From positions 61,796 through 93,795 of the forward strand of contig JBAZYK010000005.1 of NCBI GenBank assembly GCA_041659405.1: a stretch of 32,000 bases of DNA, written 5' to 3'. The notes below the pieces were generated by a model. That model ran no database searches and was not told where the DNA came from. It saw nothing but the letters and a program-made list of their open reading frames with translations. Shown here piece by piece: positions 1 to 9,358 of this stretch. Within the stretch, counting starts at the first letter, position 1, and each line of letters opens with the position of its first letter. The position numbers and the translations under genes are program-made. Source of the DNA: Candidatus Altimarinota bacterium (GTDB taxonomy: Bacteria; Patescibacteriota; Gracilibacteria; UBA1369).

Positions 1-140
1 TAGCCTTAGACCACATTGCGACCATTCTATGGATTTTCAAGGATGACCACCGCTTGGCGGGGTCTTGGACAAGTCCAGGTTGCTATTCACCGACGTTGAA
101 ATATTAATCCTTGATGTGAAAAAATTAAAGCTAAAATTAG

Positions 141-158
141 GCCCCGCTGCGGCGGGGC
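141..158 (-). terminator. Possible intrinsic terminator downstream of the 188..1654 ORF
   Basis: 7-bp GC-only stem GCCCCGC/GCGGGGC with a 4-nt loop. On the minus strand it is followed by CTAATTTTAG, which is only a weak T tract. It sits just after the minus-strand stop at 188. Confidence 0.5.
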
Positions 159-187
159 TTAAGAAAAAGCAAAGATCAAATTTCAAT

Positions 188-1654
188 TTATAAAACCTGC
201 ACCGCGCCACGCCCCCGAAGAGCAACATCCCGATTATCGGGATCGGCCCAATCGAAGGCGACCTGACGACGCTCCGGATCGAAATAACCGTAGGCGAATT
301 TACTTATTTTAGAATTATGTTCTTGATTGAACATCGTCACTGTTTCTTGTGGCTGATCGTAAAAATCAATAATATGTTTTCCCGGATTTGACTCCCCATT
401 CTTCTTTGCTTTCGCATAGGCACGCAGTGAGCGTTGCATGCCCATGGCATACTGATGGTCGTGTATAAGCTCCATTCCCTGTTCCTTGAAGTAGCTTTCA
501 CAAACGCGTAGCTGTTCATCATTGCGCTGTTTTCTGGGTTGCTGCCCCGGAACAACCGCCGGACTTTGAACCATATCGACAATGCTGACGCCGACCTTTT
601 TAGGACCTTCGGGCCATTCATAATCAGTTGCAAAATAAGCTCTATGCTGCTGCTCATAATGGCGATTTACATCCAAATCCATATCATCCTTCATTTCAGC
701 AAAAGATTTATTGGCGGGTTCAATAATCAGTTCAGGTTTACCCATAATGGATGCTATCTTTTCAAGCTTTTTCGTACCCAGTTTTAAAATATTGGCAATA
801 ACCTCTTCTTTGGAAGGCGCGACAATGTCCGGATCAAACTCTCTGGCCGTGGCAAGGGCTTCTTCATATCCACTGACAACACTAAGAAGTTTTTCTTTTT
901 GTTCCGTGGTTAAACGGAGGCGATCAACGAATTGCTGATAATCTTTTTCTAATTTTGCTTCCACTGCTTTTTTAAAATATTCTCCATATGCGATTGGCCC
1001 GGTAGTTTCTATGCTTTTTGCGACACCATGACCAGCGCCTACCTCTGCTTTTGCACCCTGATTCGCCAATTCCAATACACGGGCAGATCTTTTAGCCACA
1101 AACTCACGAATATCAACAATTTTTCCTGTCTGATCAAGCTTTTCTTCCTGTTGCTGCAACGATCTGCGACCTTCAGCATCAAGCTTTGCCATTTTTTCAT
1201 CCCGCTCCGCTATGAGTTTCTCAAGCTGTTGCTGCACATGAAGAGTTTCGACGGCAATGTGCTTCTTCTCTGCTGTTGAAAGTACTGTGGGTTCGATTTT
1301 TTTAGATTTTGGCTCAGGTCGATCAACCAGCCATCGTGCGATTTTTAAAGGTGACTTGCTTAAGCTCAAAGCAACCCTTTTATGCCATGGAGATGCGGGT
1401 TTTTGCACCATGGGTATTTCCGGACTTTGAGGTTCATCTTCCAGACTTTCCATCAAATATTCATAATCATGGTGAAGGAGCTCAATCCTGGTTTCTAGAG
1501 CCATAATATCCTCCAATAGTTTTGATTGCTCGGCTTGAGTTAAAGAACCAGCAGTTTGATTTTTTTCGCCGGCTTGTGCGGTTTTCTGACCTTTTTCTCC
1601 TTCAGAATCTGAAACAGATAGATCGCCTGAATCCGCAGTATGTGGTTTTCCCAT
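188..1654 (-). CDS. Hypothetical coiled-coil protein
   Basis: 488-aa ORF rich in Glu/Lys/Gln heptad-like segments (LEKLIAERDEKMAKLDAEGRRSLQQQEEKLD). No family recognised. Confidence 0.7.
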   Translation of the reverse strand: MGKPHTADSGDLSVSDSEGEKGQKTAQAGEKNQTAGSLTQAEQSKLLEDIMALETRIELLHHDYEYLMESLEDEPQSPEIPMVQKPASPWHKRVALSLSKSPLKIARWLVDRPEPKSKKIEPTVLSTAEKKHIAVETLHVQQQLEKLIAERDEKMAKLDAEGRRSLQQQEEKLDQTGKIVDIREFVAKRSARVLELANQGAKAEVGAGHGVAKSIETTGPIAYGEYFKKAVEAKLEKDYQQFVDRLRLTTEQKEKLLSVVSGYEEALATAREFDPDIVAPSKEEVIANILKLGTKKLEKIASIMGKPELIIEPANKSFAEMKDDMDLDVNRHYEQQHRAYFATDYEWPEGPKKVGVSIVDMVQSPAVVPGQQPRKQRNDEQLRVCESYFKEQGMELIHDHQYAMGMQRSLRAYAKAKKNGESNPGKHIIDFYDQPQETVTMFNQEHNSKISKFAYGYFDPERRQVAFDWADPDNRDVALRGRGAVQVL

Positions 1655-1717
1655 AATTGTTTGTTTTAAGATTTCTGCTTATTATAGCATTTTTGGCTGT
1701 AATATGCCATGCAAAAT

Positions 1718-3094
1718 CTAAAAAATCATGATCAAATCCCCTAAATTAGTTCCGGTTGGGCCGGTTTTGATGAGGCCGTTTGTTTTTTTGAAAAAAGTGT
1801 AGGAGTCGTTGCGATTTAAAAAGTCGTCGATTTTTAAGTGTTGTTTTTGGGCTGACTGTAAAATGGCTTGATGGCCGATCGCTCCGGCGATTGGCTCGGG
1901 ACAGATGCCATCAACGCCGTCGGTGCCAATTGAAAGGATGCAGTAATTGGAAAGTGCAGAATCCGCAGAAGTGTTTTTTTTAAATTCGTTTTTGGCCTGC
2001 AAGTATTTGAGTCCGCTTAAGACAAATTCCTGATTTCGGCCGCCGTTGCCTTTGCCTTTGCAGGTAACGGTGGTTTCTCCGCTGGCGATGAAGATATGCT
2101 TTTGAGATGTTTTTGAATCTGTCCCCAGTTTTGTTTTTATTTTTTTGATGATGGTTGGCGCAACTTTTCTCGCTTCACCCTGGATTAATTTTTTTGAAGA
2201 TGTGACTTTAAGGCCAAGCTCTTTTGCTCTTTCTTCTGCTACTTTTAGAGCAGTAAAGTGGTCGGCGATGATGTCCACATGAACCTTTTTAAAGATTTGC
2301 GATTGCGGACTTAAGGAGCTCCCTCCGTTCGCGCTGGCAATAGGCACTTTGTGCGTGTTGGAACTTTTGGATTTTGCAGCTTTTCGTTCTTGTAAAATTT
2401 TCAGCACTTTCTTTGGTACTTCGATTTTGTATTTTTTTAAAATATTTAAGGCACCCTGTGGAGTTGATTTATCGCTTGAAATAGGGCCGGAAGCGATTAA
2501 ACTTAAATCGTTGCCGATGACATCGGAAATCACCAATCCCCAAACGGTTGCAGGATATAAAATTTCGGCAAAATGGCCACCTTTAACCTGTGAAAGCTGT
2601 TTTCGGACTGTGTTGAGTTCTTGAATTGGCGCACCAGCTTTTAAAAGTTGATTAGTAATTTTAATTTCATCATTCAAAGTTATACCCGTAAGTGGGGCCA
2701 CAAACATTGCTGATCCTCCTCCGCTTATTAACACAATCGCCAAATCATTTTTGGTTAATTTTTTGGCACTGGAAATTATTTTTTTGGTTTTATTAAGACC
2801 GGCTTTGGTTGGCAAAGGATGGCCTTCATCTGCCAATAAAATAATATCCGGTTTTCGATTGTGATATTTTTTGAGTGATTTTTCGCTTGCCTTAGCCATT
2901 TGCCTGGCTGCTTTCCCAATCGCAAAAATGGCAATTTTTTCAAAACCACTTAAATCTTTTTTTTCAAAAAAATCCCCAATTAAATTTTCCGGCGAAATCT
3001 TCTCCAAAACAAAATCAACAATATCCAGCATGATACCGGCTTTTTCGGCAACCCCTTGCGGTAAATCCAGTAACAATTTTGTCCTATTAATCAT
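1718..3094 (-). CDS. Glycerate 2-kinase (MOFRL/GckA-type)
   Basis: VLISGGGSAMFVAPLTG glycine-rich segment and C-terminal MOFRL-like region (FIASGETTVTCKGKGNGGRNQEFVLS). The track ORF extends to 3196, but its first residues read through a palindrome, so MINRTKLLL at 3094 is the likelier start. Confidence 0.88.
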   Translation of the reverse strand: MINRTKLLLDLPQGVAEKAGIMLDIVDFVLEKISPENLIGDFFEKKDLSGFEKIAIFAIGKAARQMAKASEKSLKKYHNRKPDIILLADEGHPLPTKAGLNKTKKIISSAKKLTKNDLAIVLISGGGSAMFVAPLTGITLNDEIKITNQLLKAGAPIQELNTVRKQLSQVKGGHFAEILYPATVWGLVISDVIGNDLSLIASGPISSDKSTPQGALNILKKYKIEVPKKVLKILQERKAAKSKSSNTHKVPIASANGGSSLSPQSQIFKKVHVDIIADHFTALKVAEERAKELGLKVTSSKKLIQGEARKVAPTIIKKIKTKLGTDSKTSQKHIFIASGETTVTCKGKGNGGRNQEFVLSGLKYLQAKNEFKKNTSADSALSNYCILSIGTDGVDGICPEPIAGAIGHQAILQSAQKQHLKIDDFLNRNDSYTFFKKTNGLIKTGPTGTNLGDLIMIF

Positions 3095-3125
3095 ATATTT
3101 TTTGAAATTTCGAGCATATCTTTTC

Positions 3126-3203
3126 AGAACTAATGGGAATATTTTTCTGAACACATCCGGGGTAGGGGCCCTGTGTGTTCGGAAAAATATTCCCATTAGT
3201 TCT
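3126..3203 (-). repeat. Conserved-loop long palindrome, copy 1
   Basis: 30-bp arms (3126-3155 / 3174-3203), complementary except for one T/G (wobble-compatible) position, around the 18-nt loop 3156-3173. The loop on the minus strand is CAGGGCCCCTACCCCGGA. It overlaps the stop codon of the dehydrogenase gene. Confidence 0.95.
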
Positions 3204-4176
3204 TGATTTGCTCCTTATTCACGCAAAATTCCGGCATGCGGCCTTCAAGCGCATCAATCAGGTTTTGCGCTGCCATTTCGGCCATTTTATTTCTGGACCA
3301 TAAAGTGGCGCTGGCAATGTGTGGCACAATTACCGCATTTGGAAGCTCTGTAAGTCCCGGTTCAAGTGCCGGTTCATTTTCAAAAACATCCAAACCTGCG
3401 GCGAAAATCTTGCGCTCCTTTAAAGCTACCACCAAGGCTTTTTCGTCTACCACAGGCCCGCGCGAGGTGTTAATCAAAATGCAATTTGGTTTCATTTTGC
3501 CAAATTCTTTTTCACCAATTAAATGATGAGTTTCCTCGCTCAAATTTACATGCACAGAAATAAAATCGCTTTCTTTAAGCAAAGTTTCCAGATCAACTTT
3601 TTTTGCTCCGGTTTCTTTTTCCAATGATTCATTTCCTGATCGATCGACATACAAAATTTTCATGCCAAATCCTTTAGCCATTTTTATGGCTACATTACTG
3701 CCAATTCGCCCTGCTCCAACAATTCCAAGAGTTTTTCCGGTTACGTCCTGTCCCAAAAATAGAAGTGGGCCCCAGGCTTTAAATTTTCCTTCACGAGTGA
3801 ATTTGTCCGATTCCACAATTCTGCGAGCGCAGGAAAACAGCAAAGCAATCGCCAAATCCGCGGTGGCATCTGTTAAAACTCCGGGAGTGTTTGTTACCAT
3901 AATGTTTCTTTTACTCGCCGCCGCAACATCAATATTATTAAATCCGACGGCATAGTTGGAAATCACTTTCAATTGTGGGCCGATTAAAGCCATTATTTCA
4001 TCATCAATCGGATCGGTTAAAAGTGACAAAATAGCATCGCAACCTTTAACTTTTGCAATTAATTCTTCACGATCCAAAACACGATCTTCGGTATTCATTT
4101 CAAAACCTGGAAATTTTTGGCGTAAAAGTTGTAGTCCCGCTTCCGGAATTTCTCGTGTGACGTAAATTTTTGGCAT
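3196..4176 (-). CDS. D-2-hydroxyacid dehydrogenase (D-glycerate dehydrogenase / hydroxypyruvate or glyoxylate reductase-like)
   Basis: NAD-binding motif GKTLGIVGAGRIGSNVAIKMAKGFGMKILYVDR and catalytic region (NTSRGPVVDEKAL, FENEPALEPGL, VIVPHIASATLWSR). Start placed at MPKIYVTREIP (4176). The track ORF extends upstream to 4275 and overlaps the next gene. Confidence 0.9.
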   Translation of the reverse strand: MPKIYVTREIPEAGLQLLRQKFPGFEMNTEDRVLDREELIAKVKGCDAILSLLTDPIDDEIMALIGPQLKVISNYAVGFNNIDVAAASKRNIMVTNTPGVLTDATADLAIALLFSCARRIVESDKFTREGKFKAWGPLLFLGQDVTGKTLGIVGAGRIGSNVAIKMAKGFGMKILYVDRSGNESLEKETGAKKVDLETLLKESDFISVHVNLSEETHHLIGEKEFGKMKPNCILINTSRGPVVDEKALVVALKERKIFAAGLDVFENEPALEPGLTELPNAVIVPHIASATLWSRNKMAEMAAQNLIDALEGRMPEFCVNKEQIKN

Positions 4177-4243
4177 GGCGATTGGATTATAATAAGATCG
4201 TTTTTGAAATTTTGGAATAAATCTCGGCAGTAAGCCATAAAAC

Positions 4244-5458
4244 CTAGGCCGCAACCGGAGTATAAATCTTTTCAATGTATTCTTTCATTCTGCGCATTCC
4301 TTCCATAATGTCTTTTTCGGAAGATACATAAGAGAAGCGAATATAGCCTTCACCATGCACTCCAAAGGCTGTTCCCGGTAAAATTACCACATGAGCCTCA
4401 CGCATAATTTTATCTGCAAGCTCGGAAGCATTTAGGCCAAGTGCCTTAAGTATGGGCTTCACATTCACAAAAAGATAGAATGCGCCTTTTGGAACTTTAC
4501 AACTGAATCCGGGAACTTCATTAACCAAACTCACCAAAAGATCACGACGTTTGCGATATTCTTCTCGCATAATTCCTACGGCTTCCTGAGGGCCGGAAAG
4601 CGCTTCCATTCCTGCAAGTTGAACCATCGCCGCCGTGCAGGAAACATCATTAATAATCAACTGTTCCAAAATTTGAGCCATTTGACGATTCTTGGTTATT
4701 GCCCAACCCAAGCGCCAACCGGTCATAGCATAAGACTTGGAACATCCATTTAAAATCACCGTTCTTGCAGGCAAACCTTTAAAACTGGTGATTGAAGTAT
4801 GCTCACCTTCGTATAAAATCTGATCGTAAATTTCGTCTGACAGAACCCATAAATCATGCTTAACCGCAAGTTCGGCAATACCCTGTAAAATTTCGCGCTT
4901 TAAAACTCCACCGGTTGGATTTTGAGGAGAATTGATAATAATTAGTTTAGTTTTTGGCGTGATGAGTTTTTCCAGATCAGAAAGCAGAAAATTAAAATCC
5001 TGTTCTTCCAAAAGTGGCAATGGAACAGAAGTTCCTCCCAAATAATTAACGACGGATTCGTAAATCGGGAAGCCCGGATTTGGAATAATGACCTCGTCGC
5101 CCGCATCGATCAAAGCGTTGATCATGTGAAACATTACCGGTTTTGCGCCCGGCATAACCACAACATCGTCCATTGTAAATGGTTCGCAGGAACGAGCCGA
5201 ATATTTTTCGGCAATTAATTTTCTAAAATCCGGGATCCCGGGTGAAGCTGTGTAGTGCGTTTGATTTGCCTGAATTGCTTTGATGCCAGCCTGTTTAATA
5301 TTTTCAGGAGTATCAAAAGCCGGCTCGCCAATTTGCAAATAAACCAGTTTTTGGCCCTTGGGTTCCAGCTCTTCCCTTTCAAACTTTTTGGCCTTAGAGA
5401 TCACCGAAAAAGCATTCTCTGTACCCAAATGAGGGATGCGCGTAGAAAAATTTTTCAT
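4244..5458 (-). CDS. Class I/II pyridoxal-phosphate aminotransferase (aspartate aminotransferase family)
   Basis: LIIINSPQNPTGG, LSDEIYDQILYEG, and the PLP-lysine region LNGCSKSYAMTGWRLGW. Confidence 0.92.
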   Translation of the reverse strand: MKNFSTRIPHLGTENAFSVISKAKKFEREELEPKGQKLVYLQIGEPAFDTPENIKQAGIKAIQANQTHYTASPGIPDFRKLIAEKYSARSCEPFTMDDVVVMPGAKPVMFHMINALIDAGDEVIIPNPGFPIYESVVNYLGGTSVPLPLLEEQDFNFLLSDLEKLITPKTKLIIINSPQNPTGGVLKREILQGIAELAVKHDLWVLSDEIYDQILYEGEHTSITSFKGLPARTVILNGCSKSYAMTGWRLGWAITKNRQMAQILEQLIINDVSCTAAMVQLAGMEALSGPQEAVGIMREEYRKRRDLLVSLVNEVPGFSCKVPKGAFYLFVNVKPILKALGLNASELADKIMREAHVVILPGTAFGVHGEGYIRFSYVSSEKDIMEGMRRMKEYIEKIYTPVAA

Positions 5459-5600
5459 AAGCTTTTGTTAAAAATTCTTTTACTTTTCTTTTACCTTCTT
5501 TGGAATTTTTTATCAAATCATTATCAAATTATAAATAAATTATTTGTTTGAAAATGCTTTCTGACATACAATAAAGGCGCTATATGCTTTTTCATTTTTT

Positions 5601-6566
5601 ATGCCGAAAAAAACAACAAAAAAAATCAAAAGAAAAGATACATATCCGTCATTTCTTATAACGCTGCTTTCGATCCTGGTGATCCTGCTTATAATGATGG
5701 TTTCCTATTTTGCAAAGCCGGCCGATCAAACTGCAAATAATGGAATTCAGGCTACGGAAAGCGGAAATATCTCTGCAACTCAAAACACGCAAACGGCGGT
5801 TCAAACGCAAACCCAGACTCAACCTAAAACCCAAGCCGGCTCTACCGTTACTCAGGGAGCAGGGGCCGTTTTGGCAAACACCCGCGTGAAATATAAGATT
5901 GATCATTTTAAAAAACTGGATCGCCAACCTTTGGAATTCCAAGTTTTTGATGCAAAAAACAAACTGATTACGCCAAATGATTTAAAAATTGTGAATCAGG
6001 CAAAACTGCAGTTGGTTGTGATTTCTTCCAATCTGAAAGAATTTCAAAGTTTAAAACCGGCTTTCCAAAGCGGCAAATGGCTTACCGCTGCCAACTTACC
6101 CACGGCCGGAAGTTATAATGCTTACGTAATTTACACACCGGTAACCGGACATGAAGAAATTTTGCGCAGTGAACTTGTGGTTCAAAACCCAAGTACAGGA
6201 TCTCCTTATCCAGGATTAACTACGGAATTAAAAACAGCCATCGGTGATTATTTTGCGCAACTTTCCGTGCAGAAACCGGTTATTTTCCAACAAACTCAGT
6301 TGACCTTTAATTTAACCAATAAAAACGGAACACCAGCTACCAATTTAATGTCTTTGTTTGGCGAATTTGGGCATCTGGTAATGGTTCGTGAAGGTGATCC
6401 GGATACATTGATTAATTTGGGTTCCGCTTCCAGTGACACTAAAAAAGGGTTGGTTCAATTTGTAACTTCTTTTGCTAAAGACGGCCGTTATGTGGCTTTT
6501 GCACAGTTTAAATTGGGTCTAAAGACTTTGGTCTTCCCAATAGTATTTGAGATTAAAAATTCATAA
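5601..6566 (+). CDS. Hypothetical single-pass membrane-anchored extracytoplasmic protein
   Basis: Lys-rich N-terminus, then one hydrophobic segment (FLITLLSILVILLIMMVSYF), then a Thr/Gln/Ala-rich linker and a soluble domain. Confidence 0.75.
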   Translation: MPKKTTKKIKRKDTYPSFLITLLSILVILLIMMVSYFAKPADQTANNGIQATESGNISATQNTQTAVQTQTQTQPKTQAGSTVTQGAGAVLANTRVKYKIDHFKKLDRQPLEFQVFDAKNKLITPNDLKIVNQAKLQLVVISSNLKEFQSLKPAFQSGKWLTAANLPTAGSYNAYVIYTPVTGHEEILRSELVVQNPSTGSPYPGLTTELKTAIGDYFAQLSVQKPVIFQQTQLTFNLTNKNGTPATNLMSLFGEFGHLVMVREGDPDTLINLGSASSDTKKGLVQFVTSFAKDGRYVAFAQFKLGLKTLVFPIVFEIKNS

Positions 6567-6571
6567 AACCT

Positions 6572-7351
6572 ATGCTTTTCTTTATTTTTTCGTTATTGGT
6601 GGGGGTGGTTTTGTTTCTTGCGCCACTCATAATTTCTAAGCGACTAAGCCAAAAATGGCAGATCGACCGAAAAATCTTTTGGCGCGCCGGAATTTTCCAT
6701 GCCTTTATAATGCTGATTTATTTGTCCGTTCTTAGCAATTTGGAGGCGGTTTTTCCGGGCATTAATAATCTTGGTGAAGTTTGGCAAAGCCTGATAGCCG
6801 CAGCAATTACGGGGCTTTTTATAGAGCTTGGCAGATTTGTGGTACTGGATCGCTTTATGAAAAATGTCCGATCATCCAAAGAAGCAATTTATTTTGGATT
6901 TAGCTGGGCGGGCTTTTATGCCGTGGTTATCGGGATTTTTACCATTATCAATTCCTTTGGAATGTATTATCTGATGAATACCTCGAATATTGCCGCACAG
7001 TTTCCTCAGGCTACACCGGAGCAAATCCAACTGCTTGAAGAAGCCAAAAAACAGTCTACCGAAGATGCGCAAAAACCTTATATGGCCTTTGCGCCTTTAA
7101 TTGAAAACGCGAGTTTAATCATGATTGATGTTGCCATGACGCTTTTGATTTTGTTGGCAATTACAAAACCACTTACCCGCTTTGTGTGGCTTGCTGTAGG
7201 GTTTAAAGTCCTTGCCAATTTTGGAAGCTTTGCCTTGGCAAATGTTAATATTTTCCTGAGTGAAGCGAGTTTAATTTTATTTGCGGTGCTTAGTTACTTC
7301 CTAATTAAGCTTTTGCTGAAAAATTTTGTTCGTCCCACTTCTTTGCTTTAA
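6572..7351 (+). CDS. Multi-pass membrane protein resembling the YhfC family
   Basis: Several hydrophobic segments. FIELGRFVVLDRFMKN and YFGFSWAGFYAVVIG align by eye to YhfC-type ExxGR and GxGHGGxE blocks. Confidence 0.6.
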   Translation: MLFFIFSLLVGVVLFLAPLIISKRLSQKWQIDRKIFWRAGIFHAFIMLIYLSVLSNLEAVFPGINNLGEVWQSLIAAAITGLFIELGRFVVLDRFMKNVRSSKEAIYFGFSWAGFYAVVIGIFTIINSFGMYYLMNTSNIAAQFPQATPEQIQLLEEAKKQSTEDAQKPYMAFAPLIENASLIMIDVAMTLLILLAITKPLTRFVWLAVGFKVLANFGSFALANVNIFLSEASLILFAVLSYFLIKLLLKNFVRPTSLL

Positions 7352-8024
7352 GAGCTTCATGCGCAGCTTCCTGTTCGGCTTTTTGCTTACTTGAACCGTT
7401 GCCCTCGGCTATCAACTCTTCGCCAACGTAAGCCGCCATAGTGAAGACCTTATCGTGATCCGGTCCTTCTTCTTTTATTACACGGTATTCTGGCGTGATT
7501 CCAAGTAAATCCTGCGACATTTCCTGGAATTGAGATTTTGCATCAATGTGTGAACCTTTTTTAAGGATTTCTTCCAGGCGCTTTAAGATAAATTCATCAA
7601 TAAAACCATGAGCCTCTTTATAACCCTGATCCAAATAAATCCCTCCAATTAAAGCTTCCAGCGTGTTGGCCAAAATGTAATTCTTTTTGCGACCACCGGA
7701 TTTTTCTTCTCCGCGGCTTAAATAAAGGTAAACTCCCAAATTAAGTTCATTTGAAATTTCCGCCAGATGTTTCCCCTTTACCAAAGCTGAGCGCCAATTG
7801 GTTAAAACACCTTCCGGTTCAGTGGGATAATTTTTATATAGAAATTCCGTAACCACCAATTCCAGCACGGCATCACCTAAAAACTCCAATCTTTCGTTGA
7901 ACTCTATTTTCTTATCCTTATGCTCGTTTACGTATGATTTATGAACAAAAGCAAGTTCTAAAAGTTTTTTATCTTTGAAAACAATGTTGATCTTTTTTTC
8001 GAGTTCTTCGTAACGGTTTAGCAC
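7305..8024 (-). CDS. rnc: Ribonuclease III
   Basis: RNase III signature FNERLEFLGDAVLELVVTEFLY, plus a C-terminal dsRBD (FQEMSQDLLGITPEYRV...EGNGSSKQKAEQEAAHEAL). Confidence 0.97.
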   Translation of the reverse strand: MLNRYEELEKKINIVFKDKKLLELAFVHKSYVNEHKDKKIEFNERLEFLGDAVLELVVTEFLYKNYPTEPEGVLTNWRSALVKGKHLAEISNELNLGVYLYLSRGEEKSGGRKKNYILANTLEALIGGIYLDQGYKEAHGFIDEFILKRLEEILKKGSHIDAKSQFQEMSQDLLGITPEYRVIKEEGPDHDKVFTMAAYVGEELIAEGNGSSKQKAEQEAAHEALKAKKWDEQNFSAKA

Positions 8025-8040
8025 AATTGATAATTAATAT

Positions 8041-8463
8041 TTATTTAACACTTTCCGTGCGATATTTATGCATCACGGTGCTCAAAACTCCATTTACAAA
8101 TTTTGGAGAATTCACATCACCGAAACTTTTGGCAACTTCCACAGCCTCGTTTATGGCAACAATTGGAGGAACATCGGTCGAATAAAGAATTTCATAAATG
8201 CCAATTTCCAAAATCGCACGATCCACCGGGGCGATCTTGTCGATTGGCCATTGAGGAGCCTCTTCTTTTATAACTTCTAAAATATCCTGCTGTTTAGACA
8301 GAACATTTTTTAGAAGTTCCTTCACAAAGGTAAGGTCTTTTAAACGATCGGCGTATTCCCGCAAATTGTAAGCCAAAATACTATCAGCATCACCCCCACG
8401 AAATTCGTAGGCGAAGATGGTTTGCATAACAGCAATACGGGCTAAATGGCGATAACTGGCCAT
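8041..8463 (-). CDS. nusB: Transcription antitermination factor NusB
   Basis: YRHLARIAVMQTIFAYEF, DRAILEIGIYEILY, VAINEAVEVAKSFGDVNSPKFVNGVL. Confidence 0.95.
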   Translation of the reverse strand: MASYRHLARIAVMQTIFAYEFRGGDADSILAYNLREYADRLKDLTFVKELLKNVLSKQQDILEVIKEEAPQWPIDKIAPVDRAILEIGIYEILYSTDVPPIVAINEAVEVAKSFGDVNSPKFVNGVLSTVMHKYRTESVK

Positions 8464-8470
8464 GGGTAAA

Positions 8471-8707
8471 TTAAGCTTTTACTTTGGTGATTTTGTCGAT
8501 TTTCTTGCCCATATCAATGATCTTCTTCTCGTTATAAAAACCACAATTTGCACATGCAAAGTGGTTCAATTTTTTCTCTTTGCAGTGTGGGCAATCATTA
8601 AGATTTACAATGCCTTGAAGTTTGACTTGAGTATGGTAGGTAAAACTATGATAACGCTTACCTGAACGGCCTTTAGAGGTTTTATACTTGGGTACGGGAT
8701 GCTTCAT
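8471..8707 (-). CDS. rpmF: 50S ribosomal protein L32
   Basis: HPVPKYKTSKGRSGKRYHSF N-terminus and two CxxC zinc knuckles (CPHC, CANC). Confidence 0.9.
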   Translation of the reverse strand: MKHPVPKYKTSKGRSGKRYHSFTYHTQVKLQGIVNLNDCPHCKEKKLNHFACANCGFYNEKKIIDMGKKIDKITKVKA

Positions 8708-8743
8708 TTTTAATTAATAATTAATTATTTTGTAATTGTGAGT

Positions 8744-9355
8744 TTATTGCTGTTTCTTGGAGTCTTTCTTTGGTGTCTTTTTGACCGTTTTGCTCTTTTT
8801 CTCGTCTTTCTGAGCCACTAGAATATTTTGCAGGTCACCAAAGGGTTTATGAGTCTCTGTTAAGACATCTTCTTCCTCTTTGCATTCGCACTTGGTCTTG
8901 TTTCTATTGGCACCACAGTACATGCAAAGGCCCTTACAGCTTTTAGAGCATACTGGAATAAGTGGAAAATGCAAGATAATTTCTTGTCTTACCATCTCTG
9001 AAAGGTCTATGATCAGGGCTTTGGTGTTGATGAGGAAAACATCGCCGGGGTCTTCAATTTCTTTTGGGGCCTCGTGATAAAATTCGCGTTCGGCTTCGGG
9101 GATTACGATTGTCTGAACAAAATGCTCCAAACAAAGCTGGCATGTAAGATTAAGATCAACCTGGGCGTTGCTGATTAGAACGCTGATTTCTTCTTTAAGC
9201 TTGATCATCATTAAATCAGCCTTAAAATTACCGGCAAATTCAAGCCCCTGGTCTTGTGGATAAGAAATTTCCTGATCTATTTTTTCTTTTTCCGATGTCC
9301 CCTGCGGACTATTCCAAATCTTGGCGACACGAAAAGCGAGTTGAGTAAGTTTCAT
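8744..9355 (-). CDS. YceD/DUF177 family protein
   Basis: CQLCLEHF and late Cys cluster CSKSCKGLCMYCGANRNKTKCEC. It sits immediately upstream of rpmF, the classic YceD context. Confidence 0.88.
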   Translation of the reverse strand: MKLTQLAFRVAKIWNSPQGTSEKEKIDQEISYPQDQGLEFAGNFKADLMMIKLKEEISVLISNAQVDLNLTCQLCLEHFVQTIVIPEAEREFYHEAPKEIEDPGDVFLINTKALIIDLSEMVRQEIILHFPLIPVCSKSCKGLCMYCGANRNKTKCECKEEEDVLTETHKPFGDLQNILVAQKDEKKSKTVKKTPKKDSKKQQ

Positions 9356-9358
9356 AGT

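Noticed and set aside
37-228. 63-aa minus-strand ORF
   Set aside because: It crosses the terminator-like hairpin at 141-158 and overlaps the end of 188..1654. Its composition is not protein-like.
2349-3526. Plus-strand ORFs 2349..2624, 2871..3206 and 3203..3526 as genes
   Set aside because: They are antisense to glycerate kinase and dehydrogenase, which have strong family motifs. Their products show no family features.
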